From NCBI GenBank assembly GCA_017542465.1, contig JAFXXB010000008.1, forward strand, positions 17,321 through 81,320: a stretch of DNA of 64,000 bases, given 5' to 3'. Below the pieces are notes generated by a model that did no database searches, was not told where the DNA came from, and was given only the letters and a program-made list of their open reading frames with translations. This DNA comes from Bacilli bacterium (lineage in GTDB: Bacteria; Bacillota_I; Bacilli_A; RF39; UBA660). The number at the start of each line of letters is the position of its first letter. Position 1 is the first letter of the stretch. The position numbers and the translations under genes were made by a program. Below are positions 49,370 to 59,000 of this stretch, piece after piece.

Positions 49370-49636
49370 ATGGCTAATATTAAGAGCGCTAAAAAATCTA
49401 TTAAGACAGACGCTAAAAGAACTGAAGCTAATAAATCAGTAAGATCTAAAATTAAGAATGATATGAAGAAAATCGAAGCTGCAGTAAAAGGAAATGATTC
49501 TAAGAAAGCTAATGCTGAATTAAAGACATTCATATCTGATATTGATACAGCTTGTTCTAAAGGAATTGTAAAGAAGAATACTTGTGCTAGAGAAAAGTCA
49601 AGATTAAATAAAAAAGTTAAAGAAATGAGTAAGTAA
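49370..49636 (+). CDS. rpsT: 30S ribosomal protein S20
   Basis: 88 aa. MANIKSAKKSIKTDAKRTE... is typical of S20. Strong RBS. Confidence 0.9.
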   Translation: MANIKSAKKSIKTDAKRTEANKSVRSKIKNDMKKIEAAVKGNDSKKANAELKTFISDIDTACSKGIVKKNTCAREKSRLNKKVKEMSK

Positions 49637-49684
49637 TCATTTCTTTTTTTATGGTTTATGATAGAATAAATATATGGTGATTAT

Positions 49685-50599
49685 ATGAAAAGAGTTATAT
49701 CTATAATTATTTGTATATCATTAATAGTATTAACAGTAGTATTTTTAAATAAAATAACTAATAGACTAGCATATTACTTCAAAGGAACTCCAAACGTTAA
49801 GTTGGAAGCAAAGAATCAATATGCTAAAGAAAAAGATTATAAATACGTACAAATAACTAACAATTTTACACCTTATAACTATCAAGAATTAATAAATGTA
49901 TTTTATACAATATTAGATTCTGGATATGAAAGATATACTTTCTATTGTCCAGATGAATATCAAGATTGTTTAAAGGATGTAGAATATATCAGTTCTCCTA
50001 AGAACACTGAATCATTAACAACAATTAGTAATTTTGTTCATCCATATAATAACTTTCAATCATTAAAGGTTAAATATGATACAGCTGGTGAAGTCACAGT
50101 TGAGGTAACACATTTATATAATAAAGATGAAATAGTTAAAGTATCAAATAAAGTTGATGCTATATGGAAAGAAATTATTAAAGATGACATGAAAGACTTA
50201 GATATTATATATGCTTTCCATGATTATGTAATAAATCATACTTCATATGATGAAGAATTTGATGAAAAGAAAGATGATAATAAATATGATTCAGCTAGAG
50301 CTATAGGTCCTCTATTTGAAGGTAAAGCTATTTGCTCAGGTTATACTGATATCATGGCAATATTATTAAATAAACTAGGAATAGATAATTATAAAGTAGC
50401 ATCTAATACCCATGTATGGAATGTATTCTATTATGATGGTAAATGGTGGCATATAGATTTAACTTGGGATGACCCAGTTACCAAAGATGGATCTAATAAA
50501 CTTGAACATACATTCTTTAAGATAGATACTGAAACATTAGAAAACTTTAAAATAGATAATCATAGTTTTAATAAATCAATTTATTTAGAATTAAAATAG
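49685..50599 (+). CDS. membrane-anchored transglutaminase-like (Cys-His-Asp) domain protein
   Basis: N-terminal TM. Catalytic-triad-like motifs CSGYTDIMAILL, NTHVWNVFYYDGKWWHID and LTWDD. Confidence 0.6.
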   Translation: MKRVISIIICISLIVLTVVFLNKITNRLAYYFKGTPNVKLEAKNQYAKEKDYKYVQITNNFTPYNYQELINVFYTILDSGYERYTFYCPDEYQDCLKDVEYISSPKNTESLTTISNFVHPYNNFQSLKVKYDTAGEVTVEVTHLYNKDEIVKVSNKVDAIWKEIIKDDMKDLDIIYAFHDYVINHTSYDEEFDEKKDDNKYDSARAIGPLFEGKAICSGYTDIMAILLNKLGIDNYKVASNTHVWNVFYYDGKWWHIDLTWDDPVTKDGSNKLEHTFFKIDTETLENFKIDNHSFNKSIYLELK

Positions 50600-50623
50600 G
50601 AGTTATTACACTCCTATTTATTT
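50598..50623. terminator. bidirectional terminator (AGGAGT-TATTAC-ACTCCT plus T-rich)
   Basis: Hairpin between convergent genes, overlapping the TAG stop of the upstream gene. Confidence 0.45.
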
Positions 50624-52806
50624 TGATATAATTTATTAATCATTTCAGCTAATGATGTTTTTCTACCTTTAGAATAATTATTATTAACAGCCATCATAAA
50701 GGCGTTTGGTTCACCACACATAACTAAGGTTTTCTTAGCTCTTGATACACCTGTATATAATAATTTATTATATAACATTCTTGCATATTCCATACTCATA
50801 GGTAATATTACATGATCAAATTCACTACCTTGTGATTTATGTATACTTATTGCATATGCATGTTTAATTGATGGTATATCTTCTCTCTTTAATATAATAT
50901 TCTTACCATAATAATTAATAGTCATGAATTCTTTAGAATTAGTTTTATTAATCTTTCTAATATATCCAATATCACCATTAAATATTTCTTGATCTGCATT
51001 ATTAACAAGATTTAATACTTTATCATTAACTCTATATATTACATCCCCTATTTGTACTTCATCTTTGTTTTCATTAGGTGGATTAAATAGTTTTTGTAAT
51101 ATTACATTAACATTATCAATTCCATTTTGACTCTTATATTGAGGAATTAATACTTGAACATTACTTTCATCAAACCCTTTTTCTATATATTTCTTAACTA
51201 TTTGAACTAACATATTCTTAATATTATCTCTTTCACATATAATAAAGTTATAATCGTCATGTTTATCTTGTAGATTTTCATCTATATCATTGTCTTTTAT
51301 TTCTTTAGCTAGAATTGGTATAAATGAATTATCTGATTGTCTATAGATATTTGTTAAAGATATATGATTAAACATATCTGTTTGTATTAAATCCTTTAAT
51401 ATATTTCCTGCTCCTACAGATGGTAATTGATTATCATCACCTACTAGTACTAATCTTACATTATGATTTATACCTTTAAGTAAAGAGGCAAATAAATTAT
51501 TATCTATCATTGATACTTCATCTATTATTAACAATTCTTGATTAACTGTATTATATTCATTTACTTGAAATTCATCATTATCAGGATTCCATTTTAAAAA
51601 TCTATGAATAGTAGATGCAGGAAATGCACATGCTTCACTCATACGTTTTGCGGCTCTTCCTGTTGGTGCAAGTAATGTAACCCTATCAACCATTCTTTCA
51701 TAATGTAATCTATTTAATTCTCTATATAATCTTAATATACCATTTATAATTGTTGTTTTACCTGTTCCAGGTCCACCTGTAATTATAGTTATAGGATTCT
51801 CTAATGCTGATTTAATAGCTTCCATTTGTTCTGAATCATATTCAATGTTATATTGTCTTCCTAATGATTGAATACTTTCTTTAAACTTAATAATAGCTGG
51901 ATATGCATTAGAATTAATAACTTTTAATGTTCTAGCTATATAATATTCATCATTAAAGTATTCATATAAATAATATCTATTATCAGCTATTATGATCTTA
52001 TTTAACTTATTTAATTCATCTAAATAATCATCTATATATTCCCCTAAATCTATTTCGTAGTTTTGATAAAGGTAAGCTACTATTTCTTCTTTATATGAAT
52101 ATATATCACCGTTTAAGAATGATAATTGTTTAAGTGATTCAATTATACATGCATTTATTCTTATATCTTTAGTTTCATTATATAATTTGAAATAAATACT
52201 ATCTAATTTATTAAAATCTATTATATCTATTAATGAATAAACATCATTTTCAATTACAGTTTTAGAATTATTAGGATATCTTTTAATTATCTTATTTATT
52301 TCATTTATACTAAATCCTAAACTCTTTAAATATAATAAATCTTCATCTCTATCATAGTAAGATTTAATTGAATTATATATCTTCTCTGATGTAGATTTAG
52401 ATATACCTATAGAAAGTAGATTATCCATACTCTCTTTTATTTTATCTATTGATGATTCTCCATATGCATCAATTATCTTTTTAGCTGTAGTTTTTCCACA
52501 TCCTTTTACAAATGTAGATGATAAAAACTCATATACCGCATCTGTACCAGTTGGTTCAACTCTATTATATTCTGTTACTTTAAATTGATATCCATATTTA
52601 TCATTATTAATATATTCACCATACATAATATATGTATCTTCTGTATTTAAATCTACTACTGTACCTGTAAATGTAACTGACTTATTAACTATATCAGATA
52701 AATTAGTACTAGTTTCTTTAACACGAAAAAGTCCAACAACATAACCATTGTCGGATTGATATATAGATCTAGTATATTTACCTTTAATAAAATCCATATA
52801 AGTCAC
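50614..52806 (-). CDS. recD2: ATP-dependent RecD-like DNA helicase (RecD2/YrrC type)
   Basis: 730 aa. N-terminal OB/HhH region typical of RecD2. SF1 motifs GGPGTGKTT (Walker A), DEVSM (Walker B) and C-terminal helicase motifs. Confidence 0.85.
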   Translation of the reverse strand: MTYMDFIKGKYTRSIYQSDNGYVVGLFRVKETSTNLSDIVNKSVTFTGTVVDLNTEDTYIMYGEYINNDKYGYQFKVTEYNRVEPTGTDAVYEFLSSTFVKGCGKTTAKKIIDAYGESSIDKIKESMDNLLSIGISKSTSEKIYNSIKSYYDRDEDLLYLKSLGFSINEINKIIKRYPNNSKTVIENDVYSLIDIIDFNKLDSIYFKLYNETKDIRINACIIESLKQLSFLNGDIYSYKEEIVAYLYQNYEIDLGEYIDDYLDELNKLNKIIIADNRYYLYEYFNDEYYIARTLKVINSNAYPAIIKFKESIQSLGRQYNIEYDSEQMEAIKSALENPITIITGGPGTGKTTIINGILRLYRELNRLHYERMVDRVTLLAPTGRAAKRMSEACAFPASTIHRFLKWNPDNDEFQVNEYNTVNQELLIIDEVSMIDNNLFASLLKGINHNVRLVLVGDDNQLPSVGAGNILKDLIQTDMFNHISLTNIYRQSDNSFIPILAKEIKDNDIDENLQDKHDDYNFIICERDNIKNMLVQIVKKYIEKGFDESNVQVLIPQYKSQNGIDNVNVILQKLFNPPNENKDEVQIGDVIYRVNDKVLNLVNNADQEIFNGDIGYIRKINKTNSKEFMTINYYGKNIILKREDIPSIKHAYAISIHKSQGSEFDHVILPMSMEYARMLYNKLLYTGVSRAKKTLVMCGEPNAFMMAVNNNYSKGRKTSLAEMINKLYQNK

Positions 52807-52886
52807 CTATTCCATTTTAACATAAAAAAAGAGTATATTTCTATACTCTATATATGTCTATAAAACATAGTTAACAAAAATATAAA

Positions 52887-54263
52887 TTATCTATGCATGC
52901 CTTTTTGTTCAGTTATATTAGAATCAACAGTATTATCAATTTCAGGATTATCAATTATTCCCTTTTCCTTTTGATATCTATCTTCAAACTCTTTATATAA
53001 CTCTTTATTATTTGAATAATCTATATTAGGATCATTTTCATCATAAATAAAATCAGCATCAAGAATGACTAAATCTCCTTCTTCTAGAATAGTATCTCCT
53101 CTTTTATCATCTAAACCTAATACCTCATCAGTTGGGTTTAAATTTCCTTGCCAGTGTATTATGTTTTCTTTATTTAATCTTCCAACATTTGATTCTTTAA
53201 TATCTGTCCATTTAAGACCTAAATCACGCAAGTTTTTAAATAATTGATATAGTTCTTCTTTACTTACTTTAGTACTTGTATCTACTCTCTCAGTTACTTC
53301 AACAAAAAACTTTTCATTATTATTCTCTAATTCTTTACGAAGTAAAGGAGCAATTATATATGGATTATTAGGAAAACTTTTTGTAGCTTTTCCACCTAGT
53401 TTTATAACTTTATCTCCAACCAATAATACACGAGATAAACCTCCACCATTATAGGTAATATCAGATAATTTTGCATTTTCATTTTTCTTAACCTCCAATA
53501 CTATTAATCTAATTATTTCTTTTAATGTTTGATCATTTATTTTTACAAGTTGTTCAGTTTCACAAAAAATAGAATCAATGGCTTTTTCTTCATTATTATC
53601 AATATATGCTTTTACTTTAGATAATGCATTAGGATTATCTTTAACAAAATTCATTAAACTATATAGATTTTGTGCATTTTCAATAAATAAATCTATATTA
53701 TCATACATCATTCGTTCATTATTTCCTTTATATTCAATAGAATTATATTGGATATCACATTTATTCTCAGCTAATATTTTCAAGAATTTGCCTTGATTAT
53801 CTTCATTTAGTCTATTTAACATTTGTGTGTAAAAGTCATTATTTAAATCCATAGTTGATAATACATTTAAAATATTTTCATCAATAAACTCATCAAATTC
53901 GTCATGTATACAGCCATACATATCGTTAAATATATACCCTATTCCATCTGGATATGGATATTTTTTTAATCCTTCAATAAACCTTTCTTTAAAATTAGGT
54001 TGTTTTAATAATATATCCGTATATGATAAAAGAATACCCATATTCGATGAAACAATATATGGAAGAATAACATCAAAATGATTTGCTATTATCTTAGCAT
54101 TTTGATTTCTAAATAAAGGATTATTTAGTTTTTTTCTTATGAAATCACTTAAATCCAAAAAATGATCATTATCAAAACCTGCAGATTCATTTTCAATGTC
54201 TTGTTGTCTTATATTTTCTGATTCATTAAGCAAATTCAATAATTGTCGTTCCATATTTTTCAC
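52887..54263 (-). CDS. hypothetical protein (458 aa) with C-terminal protein-kinase-like motifs
   Basis: Nt about 53034-53456 encode GGGLSRV (Gly-loop-like), VIKLGGK (beta3 Lys-like), WTDIKESNVG (D-x-K-x-x-N catalytic-loop-like) and LVILDADF (DFG-like). The spacing is atypical. Confidence 0.45.
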   Translation of the reverse strand: MKNMERQLLNLLNESENIRQQDIENESAGFDNDHFLDLSDFIRKKLNNPLFRNQNAKIIANHFDVILPYIVSSNMGILLSYTDILLKQPNFKERFIEGLKKYPYPDGIGYIFNDMYGCIHDEFDEFIDENILNVLSTMDLNNDFYTQMLNRLNEDNQGKFLKILAENKCDIQYNSIEYKGNNERMMYDNIDLFIENAQNLYSLMNFVKDNPNALSKVKAYIDNNEEKAIDSIFCETEQLVKINDQTLKEIIRLIVLEVKKNENAKLSDITYNGGGLSRVLLVGDKVIKLGGKATKSFPNNPYIIAPLLRKELENNNEKFFVEVTERVDTSTKVSKEELYQLFKNLRDLGLKWTDIKESNVGRLNKENIIHWQGNLNPTDEVLGLDDKRGDTILEEGDLVILDADFIYDENDPNIDYSNNKELYKEFEDRYQKEKGIIDNPEIDNTVDSNITEQKGMHR

Positions 54264-54328
54264 CTTATCTTAATTTAATTATATCATATATTTATTACAT
54301 GTTTTAATAGAATAAAAAAAGAGAATAA

Positions 54329-54751
54329 TTACTTATTCTCTTCTAATAGTTTAATTATTCCTCTATAAGGTAAAGTAGCACATGTTTTACGAGATGCTTG
54401 TTTATATGTTTCATCAAATACTAATGCTTCTTCAAAATTAGTATCATTATATGGTTCTTCATTAATCATATTCATAAAGTTTTTAACATATTTGATAGCA
54501 TCCTCTACATTCATACCTATCATATTTTTAATCATAATAGATGTTGATGCAGTTGATATTGCACATGCTTCACCAGAAAACTTAATATCCTTAATTATTC
54601 TATCTTCTATCTTCATATAGATATTAATATTATCTATACATGATTCATTGTTGCTATTTACTTTTAAATATCCATCTATTTCATTATCAACTTTATTATA
54701 AGGATTAGTATAATTATCAAATAGTATTTCTCTTTTAGTTTCTACATCCAT
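54329..54751 (-). CDS. sufU: SufU/IscU-like Fe-S cluster scaffold (SufE-like sulfur acceptor)
   Basis: 140 aa. Conserved Cys positions (GEACAIS ... KTCATLP). Immediately downstream of the cysteine desulfurase, with a start/stop overlap. Confidence 0.7.
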   Translation of the reverse strand: MDVETKREILFDNYTNPYNKVDNEIDGYLKVNSNNESCIDNINIYMKIEDRIIKDIKFSGEACAISTASTSIMIKNMIGMNVEDAIKYVKNFMNMINEEPYNDTNFEEALVFDETYKQASRKTCATLPYRGIIKLLEENK

Positions 54752-55959
54752 TATACTAACATCTCCTTCATTATTCTTTCTTTATCAGATAATAATTTTA
54801 CTACTTTATCTATATCTTCTTTATTATTATATAGATATAAAGATATTCTTATAGTATGATCAGTACCAATTACATTCTTTAATAATTTTGCACAATGATT
54901 ACCTGTTCTTACACATATCTTATATTTATTTAAATAATAACCTACATCTTGAGCGAATATATCATCTATATTAATAGCTATAATACCTGAATCAACCACT
55001 TTATTATAAACATGTATATAAGGTATATCTTTAACTTTATCTAAGAAGTATTCCTTTAATTCACATTCATGTTTATATATATTATCTATACCTATGTTAT
55101 TAATATAATTAATAGCTTCACCTAATCCTATAGCACCAGCTATATTTGGTGTACCTGCTTCTAGTCTTAAAGGCAATTCTTTTAATACTATTTCATTAGG
55201 AGTATCAAATGATACATTCATACCTCCACCTAATCTTGTAGGTTTAATCTCATTTAATAACTCTTTCTTTCCATATAATACACCTATTCCAGTAGGTCCA
55301 CATATTTTATGTCCAGAGAAAGCTAAGAAATCAACATCTAAGTCTTTTACATCTACTTTGATATGAGGTACACTTTGAGCACCATCTACAAGCACTTTAA
55401 TGCCTTTTTCATGTGCTAATGCACAAATATCTTTAATAGGTCTAATATCGCCTAAAACATTAGTTATTTGAGCTAATGAGATAACTTTAGTTTTATCTGT
55501 TATAACATCCTTTAAATTATCTATAGTTACATGATAATTATCATCTAATTTAATATATTTAATAACAATACCTAATTCATTAACTAGGTTAAACCATGGA
55601 AGTATTAAAGATGCATGTTCTGCTTCTGTTAATATAACTTCATCACCTTTATTTAAGATATTCTTAAAATATCCATTTATTACCATATTAAGTGAATCAG
55701 TTGTACCTGAAGTAAATACTATTTCATCATTTCTTGCACCAAGAAAAGAAGCAACTATTTCTCTTGCTTTATTATATTCACTTTCAGCTCTTTCAGCTAT
55801 ATCATATTCACCTCTATGAATATTAGCAGGATAATCTGAATAATATTCAGATATCTTACTTATTACACATTTAGGTTTTAATGCTGTAGCAGCCGAATCC
55901 AAATAACAATTATTAGATAGAACTTCAAAATCTTCTCTATTCATAATAATCCCTTCCAC
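54751..55959 (-). CDS. sufS: Cysteine desulfurase (SufS / class V aminotransferase)
   Basis: PLP-Lys motif FSGHKICGP. Active-site Cys in RTGNHCA. About 400 aa. The probable true start is MNRED (GGAAGG RBS) a few codons inside the listed ORF. Confidence 0.85.
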   Translation of the reverse strand: MEGIIMNREDFEVLSNNCYLDSAATALKPKCVISKISEYYSDYPANIHRGEYDIAERAESEYNKAREIVASFLGARNDEIVFTSGTTDSLNMVINGYFKNILNKGDEVILTEAEHASLILPWFNLVNELGIVIKYIKLDDNYHVTIDNLKDVITDKTKVISLAQITNVLGDIRPIKDICALAHEKGIKVLVDGAQSVPHIKVDVKDLDVDFLAFSGHKICGPTGIGVLYGKKELLNEIKPTRLGGGMNVSFDTPNEIVLKELPLRLEAGTPNIAGAIGLGEAINYINNIGIDNIYKHECELKEYFLDKVKDIPYIHVYNKVVDSGIIAINIDDIFAQDVGYYLNKYKICVRTGNHCAKLLKNVIGTDHTIRISLYLYNNKEDIDKVVKLLSDKERIMKEMLV

Positions 55960-56094
55960 GCTTAAAATTATAAAATATTATGGGTAAAAAATCAATTTAC
56001 TGTATATATATTATCAAATAAAAACTGAGTAAATATTACTCAGTTATTTATTATATAATATTCTATTTACAATTTTATACATAATAGTTATATT

Positions 56095-59000
56095 TTATAA
56101 ATCAGCTTTATCTATTATTACAACTGGACGTATACCACTACTGTAATCATTAATATCACCATTGCTGAAGTAACCACCAGTATCAATAAGCCATATATAA
56201 GTATCGTCATGTGCCGATCCAAGCCAGAAAGTAGTATTAGTTATGAAACCAGTCGTTGGGCAATTCCATTCTTCATGGTCACAACCTATACTAGGATCTG
56301 TTACCTCATCATATGTTATTAAACGACTTGTTTTTATAGGAGCTCCATATGACTTTAGTATATTTTCATAATTACGTACATAGTAAGCAACACTATAACC
56401 TGGTGTTTCATAACCTAGATTATTAAAATCTGGTTCTGATCTATAATCTATATCATATATATCGTTACTATCACGTAACCCTCCATATTTTGATTTAATT
56501 CCACTTCCGTCTGACCAATAAAATGATGCAGCGAACGGAAGTGTACCATTCCATAATCCATTTGCAACTGCGCCTCTCACATCACTGCTTTGAACTCCAT
56601 ATCCTTCATCACTATCAGTATATCTTCCAATCTCAACAAGAGTACCAGACACCACTTCATTAATTGTTCCTACTTTTAAATTCCATTTAGAAAGTAAGAC
56701 TATATCGTTTCCGTCATATCTGATAAAGTTGAAACATTCAATTGTATTACCATTTATACATACTTCATCGCCAACTTCAAGATTATCCTTTGTTCTACCT
56801 GTAGGTAATACTATATTCGATTCATTATTATAACCTGCATATATAGTAGTATCATTAGTTATTTTTGTATTGTCAAAATCAAATAAAGTAGTATAAGTAT
56901 TATCTGTATACCAGTTATCAAATATGTAGCCTTCTTTTATAGGATCTGTAGATGGTCTTGTTACTTTTTCACCATATATAATTGTTTGACTTGATACTGA
57001 TGAACCAGCATCAGTATCAAAGGATACAGTAAACTCTGGCATTGTACCTATACGGAATGCAGGAGCAATACCGCTTGCATTGATGATATTGTAGCCGCGA
57101 TCAAGAAAACCTATATCCCTCGTGACGAAGAAACTGTAACTTTGGTCGGAGATAGCTGAACGGAGCCACCAATCTTGTGCTACGTTATTTAGATCCTTCT
57201 TTATTTTTTGATGATTGAATGGATTTGTGACATAATAATCCAATGTCCTCGTGTCTGTTGTTATGTCTTTTTTATTATCGGTTTCGGCATCGAAGCCTAC
57301 TTCTCTTGTTGATAATAGATATATTTTGTTCTTCGTTATATCTTCTTCGGTTATATTTGGCGAAATTCCATCTGGGCCGCTACCAGAAACTATAGAATAT
57401 GTCGGTATGATTACGCTTCTTAATTCGTTCGGTAGTTTGGTATAAAAATCGCCATTTAGGTATGTTATAACTTCTGTTGTTGACCATCCGCCTGTATTCG
57501 AATTTATAGCATTCATTCTGAGCGACGTAACTATATCGGCAAACTCTATTACCGTTCCACACGCTGTCTGCGAATATCCTTCAGTAGAGCATGCTTCTGG
57601 CGTGCTCGTGTTAGTAAGTCTCACTGTGTATGACTCCGGCACGGAATCATTATTCATGTCTATTTCTACTTCTTTTTCACAACCTACTGCATAATAACTT
57701 GAATCGCTTTCTAAATTATTTCTTATAGTAGTCCATGAATCAGTAGTAAATGTTTTACATGGTGAATCAAATTTAGCATATATCGTTGTATCATTAGTTA
57801 TTACTGTATTATCAAAATCAAATACAGTAGTATATGTATCATCTGTATACCAATTATCAAATGTATAACCTTCTTTTGTTGGATCTATTGTTGGTCTTGT
57901 AGCTTTAGCTCCATATGTAATTGTTTGACTTGTTACTGATGATCCTTCATCTGTATCAAATGATACAATATATTTAGGTTTTATTCCGATTCTAAATGCT
58001 GGTGTTACTTCACCAGTTGAATAATCTGCAGAGGCTACTGAACCGCCCATACCAAGAAAATAATTAGAATTTGAACTTTTTTGAGCAGTGCGCAACCATC
58101 CTAAATGAATTTTAAAACCAGGTAAATCCTTTAAAAGATAATAATCTAGAGTTCTCATCCCACTTTTTGTATCATAATTAAAATCATGACGACCTACTTC
58201 ACTCAACGCCAATACAAATACTTTATCATTAGCATTAGCAGATACTCCACCTTTTCCACTTCCTGAAACAACTGGATTTGTATCAATTATCACATTCTTT
58301 AAGTCATCTGAAAGACTATTATAAAATGTACTATTCAAATATGATCTCAAGGAAGACTCTTTCCATCCTCCATCATTCCAGTAGCTATTACTCATAGGTC
58401 TCGAGCCAATTTTTCTTGCAAATTCAATGACAAAACCACATCCAGTTTGTGAAATATCACTTGATGTATTACAATTATCATTTATTGTTGTATTTATAAG
58501 TCTTACAGGGTAAGTGGTATTATTAACCATTATTTCCTTTTCACATCCTACAGGATAATAAGAACTATCATTATTTAGATTAGAAACTATTTCATCCCAC
58601 GAATCTGTTGAGAATGTACCACATAAACTATTATATCTAGCATATAAAGTTACATCATCATTTAATAAATATGTTTCATCTATTTTAATTCCATCAGATA
58701 TTCCTGTATACCATCCATCAAATTCCATTGTTATTGGTGCTGTTGGAATTGGTAGTTCACCTATTTGTTCATTTTTGTTTACTGTTTTAGAAGTTGTTGT
58801 AACAATTCCACCATTGGCATCATATGTAGCTGTATATTCAACAGGCACTTCATCCTGATATGTACCTAATTTTATATACATATCTTTCATTGTTCCTACT
58901 AATATTCTTTGAGCAACATTAGCTTGTTCATTAGCAGGAGCTGCTCCAAACCATACATTCAATGCAAACTCTGGATTATATGATGATAAATCATTTAATT

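Noticed and set aside
49276-49533. 85-aa minus-strand ORF
   Set aside because: It overlaps the well-supported rpsT gene and its promoter on the opposite strand. It has hydrophobic low-complexity composition and no RBS.
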